This document shows, piece by piece, positions 20,128-32,431 of a stretch of DNA of 64,000 nucleotides; the first letter of the stretch is position 1, and every line of letters starts with the position of its first letter. Under the pieces are notes generated by a model. It saw nothing but the letters and a program-made list of their open reading frames with translations, made no database searches and was not told the origin of the DNA. Where the stretch lies: contig JAZQOC010000037.1 in NCBI GenBank assembly GCA_045627645.1, positions 17,515-81,514 on the forward strand, given 5' to 3'. This stretch comes from Lachnospiraceae bacterium. GTDB taxonomy: Bacteria; Bacillota; Clostridia; Lachnospirales; Lachnospiraceae. The translations under genes and the position numbers were made by a program.

Positions 20128-20340
20128 ATGAACAAAATCCTAAAGAACGTATTAGTAGCAGTTTCTGCAATCATCGGACTCATAGCAGTAACAGTAGTTG
20201 TTATGAAATTTCTTGGTTTTGATATAGATCTTGATATTTGTAATACTGATTGTTGTAAAAAACCTCCAGTAAAGAAATATCCTGAGAAAGCAGTTACAAG
20301 AATCAAACGTAATTACACAGAGATTAAATTACCAAATTAA
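20128..20340 (+). CDS. Small hypothetical single-TM protein
   Basis: Upstream TATAAT (20089-20094), RBS AGGGAG, N-terminal hydrophobic helix and a downstream terminator. Confidence 0.7.
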   Translation: MNKILKNVLVAVSAIIGLIAVTVVVMKFLGFDIDLDICNTDCCKKPPVKKYPEKAVTRIKRNYTEIKLPN

Positions 20341-20351
20341 TATAACAAATC

Positions 20352-20380
20352 AAAAGGAGAAGCAAATTGCTTCTCCTTTT
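20352..20380. terminator. Bidirectional terminator between convergent genes
   Basis: AAAAGGAGAAGCAA-A-TTGCTTCTCCTTTT, perfect inverted repeat. Confidence 0.88.
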
Positions 20381-21227
20381 ACTTACTTTCTTTTATCTGA
20401 ACCAAAAGTTCTTCTTTAAGATCTCTTGCCCTATCTTTAATTCTTGACGGACATACTTTACTAACCAATAGTTTAGCCACCAGATTAGCACTTACATCGT
20501 ATCGTCCAAACTTCTGTGCAAGACGGGCAACCAGAAACTCCAGTGTAAACTCATCCATACCACTTATTGGGAATGATTCCTGGGCCATAGCTGCTATATA
20601 GCCATCGTAAGCCTTAAGAAGGAAATCTTCCTCCATCGCTTTAATCTTTAATACTTTATCATCTTTACCAAGATTCTTCTCCAATATCTCAGCATAGCTT
20701 CTGCATAGCCAACCAGCCTTCAAACAAATATAAGCTTTTTCGCTTGCTTTGGCCATCTTTACAACACTGCTAAGCAGTGCTAGCTTATATCTTTCCAAAG
20801 CCTCATCAAATGAGTACATATCGCTGCTATATTTTGTAGAAACATAGTGCGAAGATATTTTCTCCTTAATCAAAGCCTTCTGGGTTGGAGCTAACATAGA
20901 AAAATCTCTGGACATTACCGCATAACCGCAATGAATACACACAACCGGTTCATACTTCAACGGTTCCATCATAGCATAGCAAGGCCTCAAGTCTTCATCA
21001 GTCCTTAATACTCTGACCTTACCACTTCTTACAGCCTTTGACTGAAAATTCCTGTCACACACTGGGCAGACATAGTTCTTTTCATACAATGCATCAGCCT
21101 CATTGAACGGTTCCGGCTTTGACTCTTCTTCTTTATTTTTTACTGCACTTTTTTCTGGAGCTGAATATATATCATCTATATCGATATCTCCCAGCCCAAG
21201 CTTTTCAAGTCCTGAAAAAATATCCAT
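20379..21227 (-). CDS. DUF2225 family protein (zinc ribbon plus helical domain)
   Basis: CPVC...D.DLRP.Y...CIHCGYA, then helical repeats (KAYICLKAGWL). Confidence 0.8.
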   Translation of the reverse strand: MDIFSGLEKLGLGDIDIDDIYSAPEKSAVKNKEEESKPEPFNEADALYEKNYVCPVCDRNFQSKAVRSGKVRVLRTDEDLRPCYAMMEPLKYEPVVCIHCGYAVMSRDFSMLAPTQKALIKEKISSHYVSTKYSSDMYSFDEALERYKLALLSSVVKMAKASEKAYICLKAGWLCRSYAEILEKNLGKDDKVLKIKAMEEDFLLKAYDGYIAAMAQESFPISGMDEFTLEFLVARLAQKFGRYDVSANLVAKLLVSKVCPSRIKDRARDLKEELLVQIKESK

Positions 21228-21237
21228 TAAATCCCCT

Positions 21238-22908
21238 TTAATCTTCCTTCTTTGGAAGTACGAACGAACTCTTTAATGATACAATTCTGTTAAATACCAT
21301 ATTCTCTGGTGTAGAGTCCTTGCTATCAACACAGAAGAATCCATTTCTTACGAACTGGAAGCTGTCATATGCCTTAGCATCCTTTACACATGGCTCTACG
21401 AAACAATTCTTTCTAACCTCAAGTGAGTTAGGATTAATGTTCATTGTTCCTGTCTCTTCATCGTATACACCCTTTTCTTCATCAATGAGGTTCTCATAAA
21501 GACGACATTCTACCTGAACTGCCTCATTAACAGGTACCCAGTGAATTGTTCCCTTAACCTTTCTTCCTGTAAATCCGCTTCCCGATTTTGTCTCAGGATC
21601 ATATGTACAATGAACAACTGTTACGTTGCCATTTTCATCCTTCTCACAGCCAGTACATGTAACAAAATATGCAAACATTAGACGAACTTCATTGCCTGGG
21701 AATAATCTGAAATACTTCTTAACAGGCTCTTCCATAAAGTCATCTCTGTCAATCCAAAGCTCTCTTCCAAATGGAATCTGACGGGAACCAAGTTCCTCAT
21801 TTTCCAAATTGTTTGGCGCCTCAAGCATCTCAACCTGTCCCTTTGGATAATTGTCGATTACAAGCTTAATTGGATCAAGCGCAGCCATAACACGTGGCTT
21901 CTTAACCTTAAGGTCTTCTCTGATACAGTACTCAAGCATCGCATAGTCAGCGATTGAATGTGCCTTACTTACACCACAAAGTTCTACAAACATCTTAATA
22001 GATTCTGGAGTAAATCCACGTCTTCTAAGAGCCGCAATAGTAACAAGTCTTGGGTCATCCCATCCATCAACAATACCGTCTTCAACTAACTTCTTGATAT
22101 ATCTCTTACCAGTTACCACGTTCTTAAGATAAAGCTTTGCAAACTCAATCTGCTTTGGTGGACGTGGATATTCAAGTTCCTTAACAACCCAGTCATAAAG
22201 TGGTCTGTGATCCTCAAATTCAAGAGTACAGATACTGTGTGTGATACCCTCGATAGCATCCTCAATTGGATGTGCAAAGTCATACATTGGGTAAATGCAC
22301 CACTTATCGCCTGTATTGTGATGTGTCATATGTGCCACACGGTAAATAACAGGGTCACGCATATTCATATTAGGGCTGTTGATATCAATTTTTGCACGAA
22401 GAACCTTCTCTCCATCGGCAAACTTACCATTCTTCATATCCTCAAATAAAGCAAGATTCTCTTCAATACTTCTGTCTGAAGATGGATCCTTCTTACCAGG
22501 ATTCTCAAAGTCACCTCTGTATGCTTTGATTTCATCAGCTGTAAGGTCAGATACGTAGGCCTTACCCTTCTTAATAAGCTTTACAGCCGCTTCATACATC
22601 TGATCAAAGTAATTTGATGCAAAGAAAAGTCTGTCTTCCCAGTCAGCGCCAAGCCACTCAATATCAGCCTTGATAGACTCAACGAATTCCATCTTTTCCT
22701 TAGTTGGATTAGTATCATCGAATCTCATATTGAACTTTCCGCCATATTCCTTGGCAAGTCCGTAGTTCAAGATAATACTCTTTGCATGTCCTATATGAAG
22801 ATAACCATTTGGTTCTGGAGGGAATCTTGTATGGACTGTGTCATAAACACCCTCAGCCAGATCCTTATCAATAATTTGCTCAATAAAATGCTTACTTTCC
22901 AAACTCAT
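21238..22908 (-). CDS. glnS: Glutamine-tRNA ligase
   Basis: [41 protein letters not shown] and KVKGTIHWV. Start moved to ATG 22908 after AAGGAG. Confidence 0.96.
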   Translation of the reverse strand: MSLESKHFIEQIIDKDLAEGVYDTVHTRFPPEPNGYLHIGHAKSIILNYGLAKEYGGKFNMRFDDTNPTKEKMEFVESIKADIEWLGADWEDRLFFASNYFDQMYEAAVKLIKKGKAYVSDLTADEIKAYRGDFENPGKKDPSSDRSIEENLALFEDMKNGKFADGEKVLRAKIDINSPNMNMRDPVIYRVAHMTHHNTGDKWCIYPMYDFAHPIEDAIEGITHSICTLEFEDHRPLYDWVVKELEYPRPPKQIEFAKLYLKNVVTGKRYIKKLVEDGIVDGWDDPRLVTIAALRRRGFTPESIKMFVELCGVSKAHSIADYAMLEYCIREDLKVKKPRVMAALDPIKLVIDNYPKGQVEMLEAPNNLENEELGSRQIPFGRELWIDRDDFMEEPVKKYFRLFPGNEVRLMFAYFVTCTGCEKDENGNVTVVHCTYDPETKSGSGFTGRKVKGTIHWVPVNEAVQVECRLYENLIDEEKGVYDEETGTMNINPNSLEVRKNCFVEPCVKDAKAYDSFQFVRNGFFCVDSKDSTPENMVFNRIVSLKSSFVLPKKED

Positions 22909-22988
22909 AATTTTCTCCTTAGAGCCCACCAGGCTTTTGTATTTCTGTATGATAGCACAGATATTTCCATGCGTAAATAATCACAATG

Positions 22989-25595
22989 CTAAATATACTT
23001 ATCAATAAAGTCACTGTGCTTCATAGGTTTGTCAAAGAAATATCCCTGTATCATGCTGACATTCAGTTCCTTAAGTATCTGATACTGCTCCTTTGATTCT
23101 ATACCTTCTACACACACATTGACATCAATTGCGCCCGCAAGCTCTGCAACCATCTTAACGAAGGATTTTGAATAATCATCCTGCGCCAGTTCCATGACAA
23201 ATGAGCGATCCACCTTAATTACATCAAGCGGAATCTCCCTTATATGATTAAGAGAAGAATAGCCTGTTCCAAAGTCATCCAAGGCAATGCTTATTCCCAT
23301 CTCTCTTATGGAAGCCATAATCTTCTTCATTCTTACCATATCATTGATTGCCAGCGACTCTGTAACCTCAAGTGTAAGATTCTTAGGATTAATACCAGTA
23401 TCTTTTACAACCTGCGCAATTCTTTCTACAATATCATTCTGCATAAGCTGAACTACCGAAAGATTTACATTGACCTTAAAGTCTGGATGTCCATGTGTAT
23501 TCCAGTATTTAAGTGCTTTACATGCCTCACAAAGGACATGATCGCCAATAGGATTAATAAGTCCCAAATATTCTGCAAGAGGAATAAAATCAGATGGTGA
23601 AATAAAGCCCATTTCTTTCGAATCCCATCGAACTAATGCCTCTGCACCAACACAGCTGTTATCCTTTTGAATATCTATAATTGGCTGATAATATACGAGG
23701 AATTCATCAAGCTTATCTGTGGCAGCATCACGCATATTCTTTTCCATATCGAGACGCTTATTAGCATCAGAGGTTGAACCCGTAACATATTTTGCCACAC
23801 GGTTCTTTCCTGATTTCTTAGCCTCGTACATGGCAACGTCAGCCTTTTGAACGAGCTCATTTACCTTATCTCCTTCTTCTGGGAACACTACTATACCCAT
23901 ACTCATCGTACAGTAATATTCACCATCCTTAAGATAGAAAGGAGTAAGAAATACTTTTTTAATATCTTCTATTATTCTGTCAAACTGATTGTATACTCGT
24001 GGCGGTACAATAATAACAAACTCATCGCCACCCATTCTATAGCAGTTCTCTTCAAGACCACTTATAGATCTTAAGCCATTACTGATATCTTTAAGAAGTA
24101 CATCACCATACTGATGTCCAAGTCCATCATTGATGTGCTTAAAGTCATCCAGATCCAGATACAGTAAAGCACCATCTTTGTTACTCTTTTTAGCTTCGTC
24201 AATAATCTTGGCCAGGTCACGTTCACAACACATTCTGTTAAAAAGTCCTGTGAGGAAGTCAGTATAGGCTTGCTGCTCTATTCTTCTCTGGTAATTCTTC
24301 TTGTCTGTAACATCATATATCGCATAAAGTCTTACACGCTTTCCATTGACCCATGAAATGTTATTATGATGTATCTCATAATAAAGACCTGTTGTGTAAT
24401 CATAAAAATCAATCTCAGTATTGGTCTCGTGTCTTTCCCAAAGAATCTTTTCAAGTTCAGGATTAATATTGTCCCTTGAGAACAGTTCCTTCATGATTCT
24501 GTTTTCAAAATGTATAACGCCATTGTCATTGTCCAGTACAACTATGGCACAGCCTACATGTTCAAGTACTTCCTGAAGCGAAGCATAGGAACTTGCAAGC
24601 GAATTCTTCTGAATTCGTCTTTCCAGACTGTTTTGCATGATTCTTGATATATCTGCAAGGAACTGAAGTTCATCCACTCTCCAGGAACGTGAATTTTCAG
24701 TTTCTATATATACAATGAACATATCATTGGTTGTCTTTCCATATACAGGCATTGCAACCAACGCTTTGGCATCCAGCTCATCCCATTCCTGAATACCTGT
24801 GTTATAAGCCATATTGTTTCCGGAAAGAATGATAGGCTTATTTCCCTCCAAAAACGGCAGTCTTCGCTGAATACCATGTCTCTCGTAAACCGGTGAACAT
24901 CCATGAGCATTCCACTGATTCAGCACATCCATAGTATCCCTGTCCAAAACCCTTACAATCATAGCAAGCTTTGTATCAAGATAGCCTGCTGTCAGATAAA
25001 GGAATTCTGTAGCAAAAGCCTCAAAAGCTTTCTCAGTATTAAGTAATTTCAATACTTCTGTAATTGCATTAGTTCTTTTTAATGACTCCGACAAATCTCT
25101 TGCATAGTCCTGAGACTGTCTTGTCATCTCTTCAGAATGCATAGCTGACATCTTAGCAGAGCTAAAATCGACAGTAACCTCTCTGAGAACATCTATAGCC
25201 TGCAAAAATCTGCTAAAATCAGTATGTCTCTGTAATCCTGCGAGTTCCTGTGGATACGAATCGCTTTCCATAAGTCCCGCAACAATAAATACAAAGCGGC
25301 ATCTTCCATTAACTCTTATGGAAGTCGCAGCTACCTTAAGATCCTCTATTGAAGTATTATCAACAATCTGATCCTCTATATTCTCAAGTGCAACTCTTGC
25401 AAACATCTCATCAATAGTTGCATCTGTAATGTACTCTTTTAGTATGTTTTTCTCTTCGTCCGAACACAAAAAGTCAATAAGAACCTCTCTTGAAGCAGAC
25501 AGACAGCACACATATATGCCAGTACTCTTTGAGAACTTCTTTAAATATCTTTCTATCTTCGAAACAGCCCCCGATTCAAATTCCGCAGTGTACAT
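22989..25595 (-). CDS. Cytoplasmic sensor diguanylate cyclase/phosphodiesterase (PocR-like, GAF, PAS-like, GGDEF, EAL)
   Basis: DFLTGLFNR, LDLDDFK, RMGGDEF, GAEALVRW and DDFGTGYSSL. Start moved to ATG 25595. The sensor-domain names are inferred. Confidence 0.9.
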   Translation of the reverse strand: MYTAEFESGAVSKIERYLKKFSKSTGIYVCCLSASREVLIDFLCSDEEKNILKEYITDATIDEMFARVALENIEDQIVDNTSIEDLKVAATSIRVNGRCRFVFIVAGLMESDSYPQELAGLQRHTDFSRFLQAIDVLREVTVDFSSAKMSAMHSEEMTRQSQDYARDLSESLKRTNAITEVLKLLNTEKAFEAFATEFLYLTAGYLDTKLAMIVRVLDRDTMDVLNQWNAHGCSPVYERHGIQRRLPFLEGNKPIILSGNNMAYNTGIQEWDELDAKALVAMPVYGKTTNDMFIVYIETENSRSWRVDELQFLADISRIMQNSLERRIQKNSLASSYASLQEVLEHVGCAIVVLDNDNGVIHFENRIMKELFSRDNINPELEKILWERHETNTEIDFYDYTTGLYYEIHHNNISWVNGKRVRLYAIYDVTDKKNYQRRIEQQAYTDFLTGLFNRMCCERDLAKIIDEAKKSNKDGALLYLDLDDFKHINDGLGHQYGDVLLKDISNGLRSISGLEENCYRMGGDEFVIIVPPRVYNQFDRIIEDIKKVFLTPFYLKDGEYYCTMSMGIVVFPEEGDKVNELVQKADVAMYEAKKSGKNRVAKYVTGSTSDANKRLDMEKNMRDAATDKLDEFLVYYQPIIDIQKDNSCVGAEALVRWDSKEMGFISPSDFIPLAEYLGLINPIGDHVLCEACKALKYWNTHGHPDFKVNVNLSVVQLMQNDIVERIAQVVKDTGINPKNLTLEVTESLAINDMVRMKKIMASIREMGISIALDDFGTGYSSLNHIREIPLDVIKVDRSFVMELAQDDYSKSFVKMVAELAGAIDVNVCVEGIESKEQYQILKELNVSMIQGYFFDKPMKHSDFIDKYI

Positions 25596-25683
25596 AGTAA
25601 TCCCCAATTTCTTTTGCGCAATTTCGCCAATTAACATATAATATAAATATATCATTTTTTATATTTTTTATAAAGGAGCACAG

Positions 25684-27078
25684 ATGGATTTTTTATCTAA
25701 AAACCGCAACAAATTAAGACTTATTTTTCTTATGCTCACCATCTTTGTTGCAATGAGTTTCTTTGTCTTCACTCAGCCCTTTGGTGATGGTCCTGACGAG
25801 ATAAATCGCTATAAGGTTGTTCAGTATATTCAAAACCACGGAACCCTTCCTAAAGGTGATAATCCAGAGATTATAATTGATGGATACGGCGCAAGTTACG
25901 CATTTCAGCCCATCCTCACATATATGATTGAGGGTTATGCATTGAGACTAATATCTCCCCTCAACCTGACCTTTGATACAGAGTTAATAGTCGCAAGATA
26001 CATCAATGTAATCATCGGTTTAATCGCAGCATATTACACCTGGAAGCTTGCCAGCCTGTTATTTAAAAATCAGTCCGCTGCCTACCTGTTTACTCTTGGT
26101 GTGACTTTACTGCCGCAGAATATTTTTATTTACACCTATGTCAACACGGACGGAATGGGGCTTCTTTCTTGCATAATGATTATTTATTCACTGATAAATG
26201 GATTCAAAACCACCTTTAACAAGGAATCAGTAATTACTCTTTCCGCAGGTATCATTCTATGTCTTATGTCCTATTACAACTGCTACGGATATATTCTTGC
26301 TGCAGTTATAGCATTCTTTGTCTATATGTTTACTGATGGGAAAAATGACAAAAAAGCCTTGTTAAAGAAAGCAGGTGTCATTTCCCTTATTTCAATAGTT
26401 GGTGCCGGATGGTGGTTCTTGAGAAATGCGATTATTTATAAGGGCGATATCTTCGCCCTTACCGCAAGATCTGAATGCGCACAGCAGACAGGTAACTGGT
26501 ATTTCCTTGAACTAATGGCCGAAACCTACAGAGCCATGGGATATTCCCTTTATGAAATGGTATTTAAGACTGACTACTATACTCTTGTATGGAAGAGCTT
26601 CATCGGTATGTTTGGACCAATGAGCATCCCTGTAAGCCATCATCTGTATATGGCCTATAAATACCTGACAGTAATCTGTCTTATTGGTTTCGCATTTTCA
26701 ATCATAATTGCAATTAAGAAAAAACAGTGGATTATTCCTGAGCTTAAAAACGCCAGCAGCATCATAATTACAGGAGTCTTCGTAATTACAGGCATTATCC
26801 CAGTAGTACTTGCCCTGTATTACTCCTACACCTGGGACTTCCAGCCACAAGGTCGCTATTATCTTCCAATTCTAATTATTTTAGCCTTTGTACTGGTCGA
26901 TGGATTGGAAACATATATGCAGTGGTTTGCTTATCTAGTAAAGAAATATATTAGGAATCAGAAGTTTGCAACTTTGACTGTTGCATTTGCATATCACATA
27001 TTTTATCTGTTCTTCTTCTCAAGCGCAGTAGTTTCAACATGGATGATGTTAAAGTATTACAGTTCTGTTCAACCTTAA
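25684..27078 (+). CDS. GT-C fold membrane glycosyltransferase (GT39/DUF2142-like)
   Basis: PFGDGPDE after TM1, YVNTD and QPQGRY motifs; about 11 TM helices. Confidence 0.75.
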   Translation: MDFLSKNRNKLRLIFLMLTIFVAMSFFVFTQPFGDGPDEINRYKVVQYIQNHGTLPKGDNPEIIIDGYGASYAFQPILTYMIEGYALRLISPLNLTFDTELIVARYINVIIGLIAAYYTWKLASLLFKNQSAAYLFTLGVTLLPQNIFIYTYVNTDGMGLLSCIMIIYSLINGFKTTFNKESVITLSAGIILCLMSYYNCYGYILAAVIAFFVYMFTDGKNDKKALLKKAGVISLISIVGAGWWFLRNAIIYKGDIFALTARSECAQQTGNWYFLELMAETYRAMGYSLYEMVFKTDYYTLVWKSFIGMFGPMSIPVSHHLYMAYKYLTVICLIGFAFSIIIAIKKKQWIIPELKNASSIIITGVFVITGIIPVVLALYYSYTWDFQPQGRYYLPILIILAFVLVDGLETYMQWFAYLVKKYIRNQKFATLTVAFAYHIFYLFFFSSAVVSTWMMLKYYSSVQP

Positions 27079-27086
27079 GGCAATAC

Positions 27087-27118
27087 AAAAGGCGCCCAGC
27101 AAAAGCTGAGCGCCTTTT
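27087..27118. terminator. Bidirectional terminator between the GT-C gene and guaB
   Basis: AAAAGGCGCCCAGC-AAAA-GCTGAGCGCCTTTT. Confidence 0.85.
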
Positions 27119-27129
27119 ATTATATAAGC

Positions 27130-28602
<1,473 letters not shown>

Positions 28603-28629
28603 CTATATCTTTTTTATGATTTGCAGACT

Positions 28630-28658
28630 AATTTATCACAATTGTCTGACAAATGCAA
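28630..28658 (-). promoter_or_regulatory. guaB promoter with an embedded CodY-box-like palindrome
   Basis: TTGCAT-17 bp-TAAATT with an extended TG. AATTGTCTGACAAAT (28640-28654) matches AATTTTCWGAAAATT at 12/15. Confidence 0.5.
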
Positions 28659-28678
28659 TGAGTTATTATTCCCAATTT

Positions 28679-29179
28679 TTAGTCTTTAAAAATTTTTCTT
28701 GGTGCAACATAACTAATTGCCCCCAGAAGTCTTTCATTTGGCTCAAGAAGAATCTGGAGATTTCCATCATAAAATAATGCATATACATCTTTTTTAGTAT
28801 CTTTATTGCCTGTAGAGAAATCCTTAACTACGCATTTTCTGGATGCGAATTCTCTCATCTTGTTTCCTTCAACTCGTACAAGTGCCTCCATTTTGCCAAG
28901 TTCAAGAGACATAAGGCTCTTTCTTTTTGACTGGCTGTAAATAACATCTATGTCAAGATTCTTGTCGCAGTATACGTATTCATACTCCACCTGGCTTAAG
29001 CTGCCAATATAGTAACCTGCCCCGCCAAACACTACTGCAATTGCAAGGCCAATGATACCACCGCCAATCATTCCAAATACTATGCCAAGAGCACAGATAA
29101 TATACAATACAATTTTTGCTACAATCAGACCAACCTTTGGCTTGCACTTCACTAAAACTTCAACTATTTCGTCTCTCAT
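28679..29179 (-). CDS. Membrane protein (DUF6106-like)
   Basis: Two TM helices followed by VEYEY...LDIDVIY...KRK. Confidence 0.75.
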   Translation of the reverse strand: MRDEIVEVLVKCKPKVGLIVAKIVLYIICALGIVFGMIGGGIIGLAIAVVFGGAGYYIGSLSQVEYEYVYCDKNLDIDVIYSQSKRKSLMSLELGKMEALVRVEGNKMREFASRKCVVKDFSTGNKDTKKDVYALFYDGNLQILLEPNERLLGAISYVAPRKIFKD

Positions 29180-29190
29180 CTCAATTCTCC

Positions 29191-30033
29191 CTATATATCA
29201 ATACATCCGTCAAATGACACCTTTGCAGGTCCTGTCATATATACAACATTGGCTTCTCTATCCCACTCTATCTGGATTTTTCCACCCAGAACTTCAACCT
29301 CTACGCTGTTGTCTGTGTGTCCATTTAAAATGCATGCGACAGCAGTTGCACAACATCCCGTTCCACATGCAAGGGTTTCTCCCGTACCACGTTCCCACAC
29401 TCTCATAAATACATGACCACGATCACGAACCTCTACGAACTCTGTGTTGGTTCTTCTTGGGAATCTTTCATGATTCTCGAAAAATGGTCCTATCGCTTCA
29501 ATATCAAGGTCTTTTACGCCATCCATGAATACAACAGCATGAGGATTGCCCATAGACACGCAGGTCATCTGGTAATCTTTTCCCTGAACAGTTATTTTCT
29601 CATCAACAACTGTTTCATTTTCACTAATTACCGGAACCTCTTTTGCCACAAGGATTGGTGAACCCATGTTAACTCTGATCTTCTCAATTTTACCATCAGC
29701 TCCAGGATACAGGGTCAGGTACTTTATTGCACCAGCACTCTCTACTGTAAACTCTGTCTTATCGCAAAGACCGTAATCATATATGTATTTTCCAACACAA
29801 CGCATTCCGTTACCACACATCTCCGAACGTGATCCGTCAGCATTGTACATTTCCATTTCAAACTGTGCAATCTTGCCAGGATTGATAAAAATAATACCAT
29901 CACTACCTATTCCAAAGTTTCTGTTACTAAGTTTGATGGCAAGCTCGCTCTTCTTTTCCTGTGGAATGTGCTCTGTGAATCCATTGATATACACATAATC
30001 ATTTCCACATCCCTGCATCTTTGTAAATTTCAT
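29191..30033 (-). CDS. dapF: Diaminopimelate epimerase
   Basis: MKFTKMQGCGNDY, NADGS..EMCGNG, SMGNPH and ERGTGETLACGTG. Start moved to 30033 after AGGAG. Confidence 0.97.
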   Translation of the reverse strand: MKFTKMQGCGNDYVYINGFTEHIPQEKKSELAIKLSNRNFGIGSDGIIFINPGKIAQFEMEMYNADGSRSEMCGNGMRCVGKYIYDYGLCDKTEFTVESAGAIKYLTLYPGADGKIEKIRVNMGSPILVAKEVPVISENETVVDEKITVQGKDYQMTCVSMGNPHAVVFMDGVKDLDIEAIGPFFENHERFPRRTNTEFVEVRDRGHVFMRVWERGTGETLACGTGCCATAVACILNGHTDNSVEVEVLGGKIQIEWDREANVVYMTGPAKVSFDGCIDI

Positions 30034-30043
30034 GTATTGTCTC

Positions 30044-30769
30044 CTATTTGTCCAGATATTCCAAAAAAGCAATCGCATTTTCCAGATTCTCAGTGTTAGG
30101 TATTATTATGGCGTAAGCACTATCGCCCTGGTACATATCAGTATTCTTTATCTTGGCAAATTCAGTAACATCTATGGCAACTGCCTCATATCTGCCAGCA
30201 TACTGTTCCTCATAGTAGTCCTCTCCAACTTCTTCTATTGGAAAATCATACCAGATAAGCTTATCCTCATATTTTTCAAGCATCTCAGACGGCAACACTG
30301 TCGAAAGATCCATGGTGCAGTCCTGTGCCCTGGTAAGCTTCATAAAGTCCTCATCGCACAAGAGTACATCAAGATCCTTGGAAGTTACATTCAGAAAAAC
30401 TTTTTGAATACTGGCCTGATTGTACTGATCGCCAGCATATATATCTATAAGGAAATCAGCATCAATTTCAACCTTTTCCTCTTTCTCATCATATTCAATG
30501 GTTGATCCAAAATCATCAATTAATCCCTGATAATCATAAAGATCCACATTTTTTCCGTTAACGACTATAACAGACATTACGGAATCCTTCATGGTTACAT
30601 ACCAGTTAACTATACTCGCCAAAAGTGCAATGGAAACAACTGCTACAATAAAGTGAACCTTGTAATAATATACAAAATACTTTACCTTTTCCATTCCCTT
30701 CTTTGACTGTAAAACCTTCTTAGCCTCATTTCTTATCTCTTCATTGACAGAATTAACGTCTGCAGGCAT
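30044..30769 (-). CDS. Hypothetical membrane-anchored protein with an acidic extracellular domain
   Basis: KYFVYYYKVH, one TM helix, then a soluble domain (LDVLL...MDLS) loosely like a solute-binding-protein lobe. Confidence 0.7.
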   Translation of the reverse strand: MPADVNSVNEEIRNEAKKVLQSKKGMEKVKYFVYYYKVHFIVAVVSIALLASIVNWYVTMKDSVMSVIVVNGKNVDLYDYQGLIDDFGSTIEYDEKEEKVEIDADFLIDIYAGDQYNQASIQKVFLNVTSKDLDVLLCDEDFMKLTRAQDCTMDLSTVLPSEMLEKYEDKLIWYDFPIEEVGEDYYEEQYAGRYEAVAIDVTEFAKIKNTDMYQGDSAYAIIIPNTENLENAIAFLEYLDK

Positions 30770-30791
30770 AATGTTCCACCTTTCCGCCCTG

Positions 30792-31670
30792 CTATCTGCT
30801 GGCTTTTGATAATCTCTTTAAGTCTTCCACATCAAAGGTGTAATTCGTGTTACAGAAGTGGCAGTTAATGCTGATAGGTTCGCCGTCAGAAATCATGGAA
30901 TCAAGTTCCTTTTTACCAACGCTTATAAGTGCCTTCTCCACACGTTCCTTACTACAGTTGCAGAAAAACTCCGTAGACAGCTCATCGTTAAACTCAATAT
31001 CAAATCCCTCTAAGATATGTTCAAGAATCTGTTCCGGTCCCTTTCCATCATCGAGCATCTTGGTAACAGAATCTATTTTCATAAGATTAGCCTCAAGTTT
31101 TTCAAGAGTTTCATCTTCAATAAACGGCATAACCTGGATGATAAATCCACCTGCATGCTTAACTGTTCCATCCTCTTTATTCATAAGAACGCCGAGTCCT
31201 ACACTGGAAGGAACCTGTTCAGAAGTTACAAAATAATATGTAAGATCTTCTGCAACCTCTCCTGTCTGGATAACAACCTGTCCACAATATGGTTCCTTAA
31301 GTCCCATATCCTTGATAACCTGAAGATATCCAAAGCCTACTGCACCACCTACATCAAGCTTTCCAACACTATTTGGTGGCAGCATGACTGATGGGTTATC
31401 AACATAGCCCTTTACATGTCCCTTGCTGTCAGCCGTTACAGTCACCTTACCAATTGGTCCATCACCTAAAAGCTGAAGTGTAAGAATATCATCATCGCCT
31501 TTAAGCATTGCGCCCATCATAGCTCCACCTGTCATAAGGCGTCCAAGTGCTGCACAAGCCACAGGGCTTAAATTATGTCTGCTTCTGGCTTCCTCAACCA
31601 TGTCTCTGCTTATGCACGCAAATGCACGAATCTGCGCTCCTGCTGCAGTAGCTCTAATTATTCTATCCAT
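30792..31670 (-). CDS. hslO: Hsp33 redox-regulated chaperone
   Basis: YFVTSEQVPS, AGGFIIQ and zinc centre CNCS...CHFC. Confidence 0.96.
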   Translation of the reverse strand: MDRIIRATAAGAQIRAFACISRDMVEEARSRHNLSPVACAALGRLMTGGAMMGAMLKGDDDILTLQLLGDGPIGKVTVTADSKGHVKGYVDNPSVMLPPNSVGKLDVGGAVGFGYLQVIKDMGLKEPYCGQVVIQTGEVAEDLTYYFVTSEQVPSSVGLGVLMNKEDGTVKHAGGFIIQVMPFIEDETLEKLEANLMKIDSVTKMLDDGKGPEQILEHILEGFDIEFNDELSTEFFCNCSKERVEKALISVGKKELDSMISDGEPISINCHFCNTNYTFDVEDLKRLSKASR

Positions 31671-31672
31671 AA

Positions 31673-32431
31673 TTACTTAATCTCTTTTCCTTTTTCGCGA
31701 GCCACTATATGTATACGCTCACTGTGTTCACCAGGCTCTTCGCCTGTTTCAGAATCTTCTACCTCAAGAAGTTCCATTCCCGCCTCTGCAATAAACGCCT
31801 TCATCTCTTCAAGGCTGTATCCACGCTGAAGATGAGTTTCCACCGTTTTGGTATAATTTTCATCTTCTCTGGCAAAAATAGTAACCTCATACTCATTGAT
31901 ATGAGACTCCTCGTCATAGAAATTTTCCCAGATAAAGCTGTAATCCTCACGATTTTCAGCTATAGTACTATCTCCGATTACCTCTGCATACTTATAGGTA
32001 GTATTAAAATCAAAGATAAATATTCCACCTGGATCCAGGTAATTATTAACCAGTTTGAAGGTCTGAAGTATATCCTCATCCGACAGAAGATAATTAACGG
32101 AATCGCATACGCATACAACTGCTCTCACAGTTCCATAGAGTTCAAACTCCCTCATATCCTGCAGAAGATACAGAATGTCATTGCCCGATTCATACTTCTT
32201 CTCCTGAGCAATTTCCAACATCTCCTCAGAAGCATCCACACCAATCATGTCATAGCCTCTGGCTGCCAGAAGTTCTGTCAGCGTGCCAGTTCCACAACCA
32301 AGATCAAGAATAAGTTCCTTTGGAACCTCATACTTCTCGAATCTTGAAATGATGTAATTCATCCACTCTTCATAAGGAGTTTCGTCCATAAACAAATCGT
32401 AGCAGGATGCCAGCTTACTATAACTATTCAT
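31673..32431 (-). CDS. Class I SAM-dependent methyltransferase
   Basis: LDLGCGTG, GVDAS, QDMR, DSVNY and LDPGGIFIFD. Confidence 0.9.
   Translation of the reverse strand: MNSYSKLASCYDLFMDETPYEEWMNYIISRFEKYEVPKELILDLGCGTGTLTELLAARGYDMIGVDASEEMLEIAQEKKYESGNDILYLLQDMREFELYGTVRAVVCVCDSVNYLLSDEDILQTFKLVNNYLDPGGIFIFDFNTTYKYAEVIGDSTIAENREDYSFIWENFYDEESHINEYEVTIFAREDENYTKTVETHLQRGYSLEEMKAFIAEAGMELLEVEDSETGEEPGEHSERIHIVAREKGKEIK

Noticed and set aside
31709-32347. 212-aa plus-strand ORF
   Set aside because: Fully antisense to the methyltransferase; no recognisable motifs.
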